Source of the DNA: Candidatus Hydrogenedens sp.
GTDB lineage: Bacteria; Hydrogenedentota; Hydrogenedentia; Hydrogenedentales; Hydrogenedentaceae
Direction of reading: 5' to 3'
DNA: 64,000 nt
Assembly (NCBI GenBank): GCA_035378955.1
Contig: DAOSUS010000004.1
Span: forward strand, 20,158 to 84,157
Shown here: positions 1 to 8,971 of the stretch, in pieces
Layout of the letters: every line of letters begins with the position of its first letter
How positions within the stretch are numbered: position 1 is the first letter of the stretch
Notes under the pieces: generated by a model
Databases searched by the model: none
The model's input: only the letters and a program-made list of their open reading frames with translations
Told to the model about the DNA's origin: nothing
Translations under genes and position numbers: made by a program

Positions 1-140
1 ACACAGATGGAAATGCTCTGCCATTCTTCTAACTTTTTCTTACATTCGGGACAGTGTTGTAGATGTTCCTGTTGTTTCTGGTTAAGAACACAGAAACCGT
101 CCAGAAGCTCTGAAATTTGTTCATCTGTTAAATGTGTCAT
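1..140 (-). CDS. Zinc-binding anti-sigma factor (zf-HC2/ZAS), N-terminal part, runs off the window edge; not in the ORF track
   Basis: Manual translation from ATG at 140 gives MTHLTDEQISELLDGFCVLNQKQQEHLQHCPECKKKLEEW, with the HxxxCxxC motif. It overlaps the ECF sigma stop codon as ATGA. Confidence 0.85.
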   Translation of the reverse strand, partial: MTHLTDEQISELLDGFCVLNQKQQEHLQHCPECKKKLEEWQSISIC

Positions 141-715
141 TTTACTGTTATTCCTTTCTCAATTACTATCTTTCTGAGTTGTGCTCTTGCTCTTGCCAAA
201 CGACTGCGAACCGTTCCTACACGGCAACCCAAAATTTTGGCAATACTTTCATAATCAAGTCCTTGTGTTTCTCTTAATAATAATATCTCCCGATGTTCCT
301 CTGATAGCTCTAACATACATTGTTGAATAATAGAGGTAAACTCTTGCTTTTCATCAGGAACCCACACATTGGGTTTAGGATTTATTTGTTCTTTATAGTC
401 GGAATTTATTTTATTGAATAGTCGTGATAAAAAATTATTTTTCCTTTGTTCGTTACGAATGTGGTTAAGAGCAAGATTTCTCGCAATAGCAAAAATAAAT
501 GTTTTAAATTGTGCCTTAGGTTCTATCTGGTTCAAATTTCTATATAAACGGATAAATGTTTCTTGCACAATGTCTTCTGCGTTCTGGACATTTCTTGTTA
601 AATAAAGGCTAAAGGTATAAATAGGGGATTTGTATCGTTCTACAAGGTTGTGGAACGCTTCATGGTTTCCTTGTTTTGCTAATGCAATCAATTCCCAATC
701 CTCTAAGGAACGCAT
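137..715 (-). CDS. ECF-family sigma-70 factor (RpoE/SigW-like)
   Basis: 192 aa with region 2 (AEDIVQETFIRLY..FKTFIFAIARN) and region 4 (LRETQGLDYESIAKILGCRVGTVRSRLARAR). Confidence 0.95.
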   Translation of the reverse strand: MRSLEDWELIALAKQGNHEAFHNLVERYKSPIYTFSLYLTRNVQNAEDIVQETFIRLYRNLNQIEPKAQFKTFIFAIARNLALNHIRNEQRKNNFLSRLFNKINSDYKEQINPKPNVWVPDEKQEFTSIIQQCMLELSEEHREILLLRETQGLDYESIAKILGCRVGTVRSRLARARAQLRKIVIEKGITVK

Positions 716-739
716 TCTTTTTATTTACCTTTTATAATA

Positions 740-768
740 TTAAACACCTTTAATACGGTCAAAGTTCC
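740..768 (-). promoter_or_regulatory. Putative ECF-type autoregulatory promoter
   Basis: Minus strand reads GGAACTT-N16-GTTTAA, ending 24 nt before the sigma ATG. It resembles the RpoE/AlgU consensus GAACTT-N16/17-TCTAA. Confidence 0.65.
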
Positions 769-797
769 ATTTTAAGGTATGGAAACCTATACTGTAT

Positions 798-2195
798 TTA
801 TTTTCGTTTTACGCGTGGACCTTGAGGGGTATCTTCAATAATCCAACCTTGTTCAAGTAATTGATTGCGAATGGTATCAGCCAGAGCAAAATTTTTATCT
901 CTCCGTGCCTGTTGTCTTTGCATAACTTTTTCTAATACTTCCGCAGGAACATCATCTTCCCTATCAGGGTTAAATAAACCTGTTATCTGATTTAATTTGT
1001 TTAAGAGATTAATAGCGTTTTGAGCCCCCTTCTCCCCCACTTCCCCGCTATCAATTTTTTTATTAACATCCCGTATAAAATCAAATACAATACCGAGAGC
1101 TGAGGAAATATTTAAATCATCATCTAAAGAATCTACAAACGATTTTTCACATTGTAAGCATTCCTCTACCAGTTCATCTCCATTTCCTTTAATTTCTTTG
1201 AGACGCAAACGGAAATCGCGTATTCGCCGAATACTACTGGAAGCGGATTCTACTGTTTCAAAAGTAAAGTTATTAGGTTGCCGATAATGAGTTGCGAGGA
1301 GGACCCAACGAATAGCCAGAGGTTCTAACTCTCTATCTAAAAGGTCTCTTAGTGTATAAAAATTTCCCAATGACTTTGACATTTTTTTACCATCAACAAC
1401 CAGATGGGCACAATGGAGCCAATATTTGACAAAGGGTTTTCCTGTGGCACATTCGGATTGGGCTATTTCATTTTCATGATGGGGGAACATATTATCAATA
1501 CCCCCACAATGAATATCAAAACTTTCTCCAAGATATTTCATGCTCATAGCCGAACATTCAATATGCCAGCCGGGTCTTCCCTTTCCGAGTTCGGTTTCCC
1601 AATAGACATTGCCATCTTCTTCATCCCATGCTTTCCAGAGGGCAAAATCACGGGCGTCTTCCATCGTATATTCATCGGTATCTACCCTACCGCTGGCACC
1701 GACTTTCAATTCTTCAATATTCATGTGGCTTAATTTACCGTATTCTGGGAATGTATTTAAACGGAAATAAATACTTCCTTCATGTTCGTATGTATGCCCT
1801 TTTTCTTTTAATTTTTTAATAATCTCCACCATTTCAGGGATATGCTCGGTAGCACGGGGATAAACATCCGCTCTTTCGATTTGGAGGGTATCCAGATCTT
1901 TAAAAAAGGCTTCTATATAAAAATCGGTAATTTCTTTGAGTGATTTTCCTGTTTCACGGCAGGTGCGTATTAATTTATCTTCTACATCTGTAATATTCAT
2001 TACATGAAATACATCATAACCACGGAATTTAAGATATCGTTTCAGTAAATCCTCAAAAATATATGCACGGAAATTTCCAATATGGGCGAAATTGTAAACT
2101 GTGGGCCCACAAGTATAAAGTTTTACTTTTGGTGGTTCTAAAGGGATAAACGGTTCTAATTTTCGGGTCATAGTGTTAAAAAAACATACGGCCAT
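798..2195 (-). CDS. cysS: Cysteine--tRNA ligase
   Basis: CGPTVY, HIGN and KMSKS motifs. The real start is probably the ATG at 2195 (MAVCFFNT), because the longer track ORF runs through tRNA-Leu. Confidence 0.97.
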   Translation of the reverse strand: MAVCFFNTMTRKLEPFIPLEPPKVKLYTCGPTVYNFAHIGNFRAYIFEDLLKRYLKFRGYDVFHVMNITDVEDKLIRTCRETGKSLKEITDFYIEAFFKDLDTLQIERADVYPRATEHIPEMVEIIKKLKEKGHTYEHEGSIYFRLNTFPEYGKLSHMNIEELKVGASGRVDTDEYTMEDARDFALWKAWDEEDGNVYWETELGKGRPGWHIECSAMSMKYLGESFDIHCGGIDNMFPHHENEIAQSECATGKPFVKYWLHCAHLVVDGKKMSKSLGNFYTLRDLLDRELEPLAIRWVLLATHYRQPNNFTFETVESASSSIRRIRDFRLRLKEIKGNGDELVEECLQCEKSFVDSLDDDLNISSALGIVFDFIRDVNKKIDSGEVGEKGAQNAINLLNKLNQITGLFNPDREDDVPAEVLEKVMQRQQARRDKNFALADTIRNQLLEQGWIIEDTPQGPRVKRK

Positions 2196-2226
2196 TTCAG
2201 TATATCCTCTTGGATGTAAGTTTTTA

Positions 2227-2254
2227 ATATTAGGCTGGGAAAACACTCTGTCAA
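2227..2254 (-). promoter_or_regulatory. Putative sigma70 promoter of cysS
   Basis: TTGACA-N16-TAATAT between tRNA-Leu and the cysS start. Confidence 0.45.
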
Positions 2255-2288
2255 TGATTATATAAAAAGAGAGGTAAAAATAAAAAAG

Positions 2289-2372
2289 TGGGCGAGGCGG
2301 GAATCGAACCCGCATGGCCTTACGGCCAACGGATTTTAAGTCCATCGTGTATTCCTATTCCACCACTCGCCC
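2289..2372 (-). tRNA. tRNA-Leu(TAA)
   Basis: Acceptor stem GGGCGAG/CTCGCCC, anticodon loop CT-TAA-AA, long variable arm, T-loop TTCGATT, discriminator A; CCA not encoded. Confidence 0.95.
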
Positions 2373-2385
2373 ACGACGATAGATA

Positions 2386-2460
2386 TGGAGGCGGCACCCG
2401 GATTCGAACCGGGGAATGGAAGCTTTGCAGGCTTCTGCCTTACCACTTGGCCATGCCGCC
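2386..2460 (-). tRNA. tRNA-Cys(GCA)
   Basis: GGCGGCATGGCCAAGTGGTAAGGCAGAAGCCTGCAAAGCTTCC...GGTTCGAATCCGGGTGCCGCCTCCA; U73 discriminator and encoded CCA. Confidence 0.97.
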
Positions 2461-2666
2461 ATGCCGCCACCGTTATCATGGTAGTTTAATTTTACAAAGA
2501 AAAGGTGTCATAATTCAAATATAAAAAATGCTCTGATAGATTACACAAAACAATTTATAAATAAATATGGATTACTAACACAGATACGAGTTCCTTCTTT
2601 AACCCATACAATATGTGAAGATTGCTATAAGCAATTAGAATCTTTAATCCTTCGTAGAAAAGATTA

Positions 2667-3062
2667 TTAGGTAGGAATTACTTCTATATAAAATTTCCTT
2701 GTTCGAGGTCCATCAAATTCACAAAAGAAAACCGATTGCCATGTCCCTAAGACTAATTTCCCGTTTTGAATGATTATTTGAACAGAGGAGCCCATAAGAG
2801 ATGCTTTTACATGGGCAGGGGAATTCCCTTCGGCATGTTTGTAATTTCCATTCCAGGGAATAAGTGTATCCAGTGTTTTGTCAATATCATGCAAGACATC
2901 GGGGTCTGCATTTTCATTAATAGTAATTCCTGCTGTTGTATGAGGAACATAAACACAAACTATCCCATTTTTTATCCCTGTTTCCTGAATAAATTGTTCG
3001 ATATATGAATCTAAAGGTATAAAATGGGTTCGCTTTGAAGTGGTAATGTTAACTATTTTCAT
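2667..3062 (-). CDS. yjbQ: YjbQ/UPF0047 family protein
   Basis: PHTTAGITINENADPDV, HAEGNSPAHVKASLMG and LGTWQSVFFCEFDGPR motifs. Confidence 0.9.
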   Translation of the reverse strand: MKIVNITTSKRTHFIPLDSYIEQFIQETGIKNGIVCVYVPHTTAGITINENADPDVLHDIDKTLDTLIPWNGNYKHAEGNSPAHVKASLMGSSVQIIIQNGKLVLGTWQSVFFCEFDGPRTRKFYIEVIPT

Positions 3063-3065
3063 TTT

Positions 3066-4760
3066 TTAATACTCCAGTGATTTTAAGTTTTTTAAACCTA
3101 AAGACATAGGCAAGGCAACTGCTATACCTGTTAATGTTACTATCAAAGTGATTACAAATGCCAAGGCAAACCAGAAATAACCCGGGCGTGTGAATTGTTC
3201 AAGCACCCGCCATTGAAGAATTATCGTTTGGGCTGTAACTACTATGGTGATATAGAAAATGCTTAACAATAGGTTCAAAGTTCCACCCAAACCTGAAACA
3301 ATTCTTGCCGGATTATCTTCCTCAAAACTGGGATAAAGGGCACCTAATCCAACGGCAAGACCTGAAAGCCCGAAATTCATAAGGACAATGCTGAATATTG
3401 TCATGAAATAATAAAGAGGAGCCAGTTGAAGCATATAACCTGATAAAATAGCAAGAGTAACGGTAAAAGGTGCGGAGGTCATCACGCTGAGCCAAAATTT
3501 CTGCCATAATATCTGCCGAAGTGTGATGGGTGCCAAACCAATAATCCAGAAACGGTGTCCTTCTAAACTAATTAGTGGGAAAATGAAACGGCTGGTTAGG
3601 GTAGCAAGGATAAGACTTAATGAGGCTATGTTCATACAGGCAACAAAACTGCGCCACATCTCTTGTTCAAAGTATTTGGTAGTATTACGCAGATTGGCAA
3701 TATAAATCGCCATAATACCAAAAAATATAATAAATTGAGACCATTGGGTTGCATCTCGCCAGAACATTCGAACATCTTTTATGACCAAAGGTTTGTATGG
3801 GTAAGGAATAAAACTTAATAAGGTATCCAGACGACCTAAAATCCCTTTATTAGGAAGTTTTATCCTTCTCTGTCCACTACCCTGTAAACCTGAAAAGCCC
3901 GGATAAAATATCCACTTAGATATAATCGACCCTAAAAAGGTAAAGAATAAAGCATTGGACATAAGAAGCATAAACCAGAACAGAACCTCGGAAAACTGAC
4001 TGTCTTTAGATTTTAATACCCCTTGAGAAAACCAATAGGGTGGGAATAAAGGAGATTGAACACGAGAGGTAGCACTCAGGAATACAGGTAGAATGGTATC
4101 CTCACTGATTCGCGTTCCCTTTAACATGGTGGTTAAATACCAGAATAGGAATATAACCGCCAGGATACCGAATAAAATCATTGTTCTTAACTTTATTTTC
4201 GGGAATATAAGTACTAAAAATTGAGTAATAATATTTCCCCAACTTGCCGGTATTATGATAAATGGTATGAAAAAGATAATTGACATAATGTAAAAGAATA
4301 TAGGGGTTTTTAGGCTTAATCCATAAGCAAGTATAAGAGGGACACCGAGAAAGGCAACTGACCATGAACTAAAAGCAACACATTCAACAAAACGGACAAG
4401 GAATAGGCGTTGATAAGGAATTGGCGTTTGAACAAGGAAAAAAATCTCTTCTGCTTTATAAAGGGTAAAAAAGGCTATGAGAACATTTGAAAATATAAGG
4501 AACAGAAAAACCGCACTCATTAGTATCATAAACATCCGTGCCATTAACAGTTCCCCAAAATTTACTTCTATCCCTGCCCTGGAACCGAATGTTAATAACC
4601 AGTTGAAACCTTCATAAAGGCCGAAAAAAATCCCTAACCAGATAGCAATAGCTGAAATTGTAATTACGGTAACTTTTAGTTTTGATTCTTTTCGAATACT
4701 TAATATCTGATGTTTCAGGATATTTCGTTTTGCTTCTAAAATAGCGGAAATCTGATTCAT
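3066..4760 (-). CDS. Putative ABC-2 type exporter permease
   Basis: Highly hydrophobic multi-TM protein directly downstream of an ABC ATPase. The ATG at 4760 avoids overlap with that gene's stop. Confidence 0.8.
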   Translation of the reverse strand: MNQISAILEAKRNILKHQILSIRKESKLKVTVITISAIAIWLGIFFGLYEGFNWLLTFGSRAGIEVNFGELLMARMFMILMSAVFLFLIFSNVLIAFFTLYKAEEIFFLVQTPIPYQRLFLVRFVECVAFSSWSVAFLGVPLILAYGLSLKTPIFFYIMSIIFFIPFIIIPASWGNIITQFLVLIFPKIKLRTMILFGILAVIFLFWYLTTMLKGTRISEDTILPVFLSATSRVQSPLFPPYWFSQGVLKSKDSQFSEVLFWFMLLMSNALFFTFLGSIISKWIFYPGFSGLQGSGQRRIKLPNKGILGRLDTLLSFIPYPYKPLVIKDVRMFWRDATQWSQFIIFFGIMAIYIANLRNTTKYFEQEMWRSFVACMNIASLSLILATLTSRFIFPLISLEGHRFWIIGLAPITLRQILWQKFWLSVMTSAPFTVTLAILSGYMLQLAPLYYFMTIFSIVLMNFGLSGLAVGLGALYPSFEEDNPARIVSGLGGTLNLLLSIFYITIVVTAQTIILQWRVLEQFTRPGYFWFALAFVITLIVTLTGIAVALPMSLGLKNLKSLEY

Positions 4761-4764
4761 ACTT

Positions 4765-5499
4765 TTACACTTCATCTGTTTCTTTTGTTAACTCTAAAAA
4801 TACATCTTCCAGATTCCCGGGAGTATCGGAAAGGGACTTAATATCATTTACAGAACCAAACGCACATAACTTTCCTTGATGGATAATGCCAATAACATCT
4901 GCAATTTCTTCTGCAATACTTAATGTATGAGTAGACATAAAAACGGTCACACCTTCCTTCCGTGTTTTTTCTTTAAGATAGTCTTTTACAAATCTTATGT
5001 TTTTGGGGTCAAGTCCTACCCAGGGTTCATCTACAATAACAATTTCGGGTTTATGCAGAAAACAAGCCGTGAATGATAATTTCTGTCGCATACCATGGCT
5101 ATAATCTTCAATAAGTTGGTCAATGACAGAATTTAAACCAAATAAACCGACCAGTTCTTCTGTTCGTTCTTTAAATTCTTTTTCTGAGATTTGATATAGT
5201 CCTGCAATAAATTTTAAAAACTCTCTTCCTGTTAACTTGTCATAAAGGAATGGATGGTCAGGCACAAATCCAATGTATCTCTTAGCTTTGACGGGGTCCT
5301 GTTGAATATCAATTCCAGATATAAATGCTTTTCCTTCTGTGGGACGCATTAGACCTGTTAGCATTTTAATTGTCGTTGTTTTACCGGCACCGTTAGGTCC
5401 TAAAAAGCAAAAAAAGGTGCCGCGTGGAACTTCAATATTAAGTTTATTAACGGCGATTTTTTCGCCAAATTTTTTGGTCAGATTTTCTGTTTTTATCAT
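4765..5499 (-). CDS. ABC transporter ATP-binding protein
   Basis: Walker A GPNGAGKTT, signature YSHGM, Walker B IVDEP. Confidence 0.95.
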   Translation of the reverse strand: MIKTENLTKKFGEKIAVNKLNIEVPRGTFFCFLGPNGAGKTTTIKMLTGLMRPTEGKAFISGIDIQQDPVKAKRYIGFVPDHPFLYDKLTGREFLKFIAGLYQISEKEFKERTEELVGLFGLNSVIDQLIEDYSHGMRQKLSFTACFLHKPEIVIVDEPWVGLDPKNIRFVKDYLKEKTRKEGVTVFMSTHTLSIAEEIADVIGIIHQGKLCAFGSVNDIKSLSDTPGNLEDVFLELTKETDEV

Positions 5500-5511
5500 G
5501 GTAGCTCCGAT

Positions 5512-6747
5512 TTATGCTTTTGCAAATCTTTTTCCTGAAAATTGTTTAACCCAACCTTTCATTTCCATTAAGGTTAATGTTGAAAGTGCTTGAGAAATAG
5601 GTATCTGGCAGGATATGGCAACTTCATCTACATAAGAACCTTCAGGACTTAAAATAGATAGGATTTTCTTTTCCAGTGGACTTTGAGAAGCAAAAGAGTT
5701 AGAATTGGTTTGTTGGATATTTTTTTCAGTTTTTTCTGGTTTTGAAGGGACTGTCTCTGAAGAAGGTTTTATCGCCATAGACAAGGTGTATTGGATTTTT
5801 TGTTTTGTATATTCTTGTGCGGGTTGAGTTGTTTTTTTGCCAATATCCGAGATGTCGTCAGCAAAATTTTCACGAGCATATAAAGGAATTTCTTCGATAA
5901 TATCCGAAATTTTTTCTGCCAACTTTGCTCCTTGTCGGATTAAGCCATGGGGTCCTTCACTATTTAACGAACCGATAGGACCGGGGACAGCAAAAACTGT
6001 TTTTCCCTGCTCTACGGCATGTTGTGCGGTAATTAAGGCTCCACTATTTTTTGTTGCTTCTGTAACAATTGTCCCCAATGAAAATCCACTAATAAAACGA
6101 TTGCGTATTGGGAAATTATTGCCTAAGGGCTTCGTTTGCATGGGAAAGGTAGATATTACCGCTCCTTGATTTTGTATTCTCTCATATAAATTTTTATTTT
6201 CTCTGGGATATATAACATCAATTCCACAGCCTAAAAAGGCAATAGTCCTACCCCCACTATCCAGAGCCACCTGATGGGCTATGGTATCAATACCCCAAGC
6301 AAGACCACTCACAATGGTAAAACCTGCATTTACCAGACCCTGAGCAAAGAAATGTGTTACTTTACTACCGTAAGGGCTATATTTTCGTGTGCCAACAATA
6401 GAAATAGAATATTGGTCTCTTTTTAGTAAATTTCCTTTGCAATACAAAACCAGAGGTGGGTCATAGATTTCTGCTAACGAGACGGGGTATTCCGGGTCAT
6501 CTAAGGTAATAATTTTTACCTTATGATTTTCAATCAACCTTAGTTCAGTATCTACATCTACAACTTCACGGTAATGGGCTATTCTATGGGCTAAAGTTTT
6601 TCCAACTACTTCGGACAGGGCTTTTTCCGATGCGGAAAGCACTTCGTAAGGGGAACCAAAACGGGCTATAAGTTTTATAAAAGTAGTGGAACCAATACCC
6701 GGAATTAAAAATAGAGTTAGCCAATATTTTTGTTGTTCGGAGTACAT
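5512..6747 (-). CDS. dprA: DNA processing protein DprA
   Basis: IVGTR, IVSGLAWGIDTIAH, FPIRNRFISG, GALITA, VFAVPG and a C-terminal winged helix. Confidence 0.95.
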   Translation of the reverse strand: MYSEQQKYWLTLFLIPGIGSTTFIKLIARFGSPYEVLSASEKALSEVVGKTLAHRIAHYREVVDVDTELRLIENHKVKIITLDDPEYPVSLAEIYDPPLVLYCKGNLLKRDQYSISIVGTRKYSPYGSKVTHFFAQGLVNAGFTIVSGLAWGIDTIAHQVALDSGGRTIAFLGCGIDVIYPRENKNLYERIQNQGAVISTFPMQTKPLGNNFPIRNRFISGFSLGTIVTEATKNSGALITAQHAVEQGKTVFAVPGPIGSLNSEGPHGLIRQGAKLAEKISDIIEEIPLYARENFADDISDIGKKTTQPAQEYTKQKIQYTLSMAIKPSSETVPSKPEKTEKNIQQTNSNSFASQSPLEKKILSILSPEGSYVDEVAISCQIPISQALSTLTLMEMKGWVKQFSGKRFAKA

Positions 6748-6761
6748 GTCTACTTCCTGTA

Positions 6762-7484
6762 TTAATTACCTGCAAGATTTTTATAATAAGCGTTTCGATA
6801 CCACACTTCTCCCCCGTGGTCCTGAAGCTGGAAATATCCTCTACGGGGTAGTTGTGCTAATGGTGTATCAAATTTTCCAATGGGCATTGTCATAAGAGAA
6901 ATATCCACATCAATAACCTTCCAACCATTCATTACAACTACGAGATGACTATCTTTACATGTAATATCATAAGAATTCCATTCACCGGGCGGTAAGCACA
7001 TATTAAACATAGGAGTGGCTACATCATACAAAGAGCCGCAACCATTTTTGTTAGGAGACTGTCCATAATCCTCTAAAACCTGTATTTCAAATCCTTTTTG
7101 AACAGGGTCTTTCAGGTCGGAACGGAAGAATACACCACTATTCGCTTTTGGGGTCAATTTAAATTCGATATGTAATTCAAAATCAGTTATTTCTTCGCCC
7201 ATATATGCTATATATCCCCCGGATTTAGAACCGAAAATATGGAAAACATTGTCAGGCATAAATTCAAATCCTGCTTTTTTATTGTTCGATGTTACATTTT
7301 CCCATTTCGATTGATTTTCTGAAGAAAACAAATTTACCCAGCCATCTCCTTGTGGAGGAGTTGTGCATTTTCCGACAGGAATTCGTTTTTGAGTTTCTTC
7401 TTTGCCATTTGTGGAGCAAGTAAAGAAAGTCACTAACACAAATAGAGCCACTACAGACATTAAAATAATTTTTCGAATTTTCAT
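6762..7484 (-). CDS. DUF1080 (3-keto-disaccharide hydrolase-like) exported protein
   Basis: Signal peptide, NSGVFFR, GFEIQVLE, GSLYD, GEWNSY and LQDHGGEVWYRN motifs. Confidence 0.88.
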   Translation of the reverse strand: MKIRKIILMSVVALFVLVTFFTCSTNGKEETQKRIPVGKCTTPPQGDGWVNLFSSENQSKWENVTSNNKKAGFEFMPDNVFHIFGSKSGGYIAYMGEEITDFELHIEFKLTPKANSGVFFRSDLKDPVQKGFEIQVLEDYGQSPNKNGCGSLYDVATPMFNMCLPPGEWNSYDITCKDSHLVVVMNGWKVIDVDISLMTMPIGKFDTPLAQLPRRGYFQLQDHGGEVWYRNAYYKNLAGN

Positions 7485-7619
7485 TTTTTATTCTCCTATT
7501 GATTTTTATTATGTTAAACTCATATAAATAATATCATCAGTTTTAAAAGTAGATAAAAGATTGTATAATGATAAGACAAATATAATACAATTTGTAAATT
7601 AGAGATAAGGAGAAATTAG

Positions 7620-8348
7620 ATGAAAGGTGTCGTTTTGGCTGGAGGTTTAGGAACACGATTATTACCCTTAACTCGTGTTACTAATAAACATTTATTGCCC
7701 GTCTATAATAAACCTATGATTTTTTATCCCATTCAAACTCTTGTAGACGCTGGTATTAAAGATATTATGATAGTAACAGGGGGAAATAACGCAGGGGATT
7801 TTCTCCGATTATTGGGGAATGGAGAAGATTTCGGCTTGCATCAACTTCATTATACTTATCAAAAAACAGAAGGAGGCATAGCTCATGCTCTCGCACTTAC
7901 AGAGCCATTTGTTGGTAAAGATAAAGTTGTAGTCATCCTTGGAGATAATTTTACTCAGAGCAGTATTAAAAAAGCCGTAGATGATTTTGAAAAGCAAGAT
8001 TCCGGTGCAAAGATTTTTTTGAAAGAGGTATCTAATCCTCAAGAATTTGGTGTTGCGGTAGTAGAAAATGGGAAAGTGAAGGAGATTATAGAGAAGCCTA
8101 AAGTTCCACCCACAAATTATGCAGTAATTGGAATATATATGTATGATTCGGATGTATTTAATATTTGTAAGACACTGAAACCCAGTGCGCGAGGTGAATT
8201 AGAGATAACCGATGTAAACAATGAATATATTCGACGAGGGACAATGACTTATGAATTTTTAGAAGGTTGGTGGGCAGACTGCGGAAGTTTTGAGGCATTG
8301 TTACGCTCAAATATACTTGTAGCGAAAGAACACGGTATACAAATTTAA
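7620..8348 (+). CDS. Sugar-phosphate nucleotidyltransferase (glucose-1-phosphate thymidylyltransferase-like, short form)
   Basis: LAGGLGTRL..TNKHLLPVYNKPMI, LGDN, EKP, SARGELEITD. Confidence 0.9.
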   Translation: MKGVVLAGGLGTRLLPLTRVTNKHLLPVYNKPMIFYPIQTLVDAGIKDIMIVTGGNNAGDFLRLLGNGEDFGLHQLHYTYQKTEGGIAHALALTEPFVGKDKVVVILGDNFTQSSIKKAVDDFEKQDSGAKIFLKEVSNPQEFGVAVVENGKVKEIIEKPKVPPTNYAVIGIYMYDSDVFNICKTLKPSARGELEITDVNNEYIRRGTMTYEFLEGWWADCGSFEALLRSNILVAKEHGIQI

Positions 8349-8361
8349 GGAGGATAATTTT

Positions 8362-8616
8362 ATGGGCACTGTTTATTTTTGCAAGTATTGTGGTAAACAA
8401 AGCACAAATGTCCAATCTTTAACCTCATCTCTATGTGTAAGGCATCCTAATGGACCTGGAAAAGGGAAACATGTCCCCTATGAAGGTGAAACAAAAAATG
8501 AATATATATGCAAATTCTGTGGAAGAAAATTTTCATCCATTCAAACGATGAGTGCTAATTTTTGCCTTCGCCACCCAAACGGTTCGGGAAAAGGTCGCCA
8601 TGAACCCATGCTATAA
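8362..8616 (+). CDS. Small Cys/His-rich protein with two 43-aa repeats, probably metal-binding
   Basis: Strong RBS (AAGGAGG) and two copies of C-x2-C-x14-C-x2-H-x8-H. Confidence 0.75.
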   Translation: MGTVYFCKYCGKQSTNVQSLTSSLCVRHPNGPGKGKHVPYEGETKNEYICKFCGRKFSSIQTMSANFCLRHPNGSGKGRHEPML

Positions 8617-8761
8617 TTCGTTTGATTTTTTACATCTCGTCATTAGAAAGTTTTATCTTTCATTTTCATAAATATCGAAAGGAAATTCTTCAAAACTTCG
8701 CACTGATTTTAAATTTTTCTATCATTTGTTATAGAATTTAAACACTTTTTTAAAGGTATTC

Positions 8762-8848
8762 GCCCGGGTGGCGGAAATGGCAGACGCGCCAGACTAAGGA
8801 TCTGGTCCCAGAAATGGGGTAGGAGTTCAATTCTCCTCCCGGGCACCA
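8762..8848 (+). tRNA. tRNA-Leu with anticodon AAG (A34)
   Basis: Acceptor GCCCGGG/CCCGGGC-A-CCA, anticodon stem CCAGA/TCTGG, loop CT-AAG-GA (AAG at 8796-8798), long variable arm, A73. Confidence 0.92.
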
Positions 8849-8971
8849 CTAAACATCCCTTATAATTCTCTCACTAAATTTATCTTGCACCTCTTATAAA
8901 TTGTTTTTCCAAATAATTAATCTCGTCAGGAAAATTTTATATATTCTTTGTAAAAATGTAGCCTTTATCTA

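Noticed and set aside
2196-2524. Track ORFs overlapping the tRNAs (the cysS N-terminal extension and 2288..2524 +)
   Set aside because: They are translations of tRNA-Leu and tRNA-Cys sequence. cysS has a better start at 2195.
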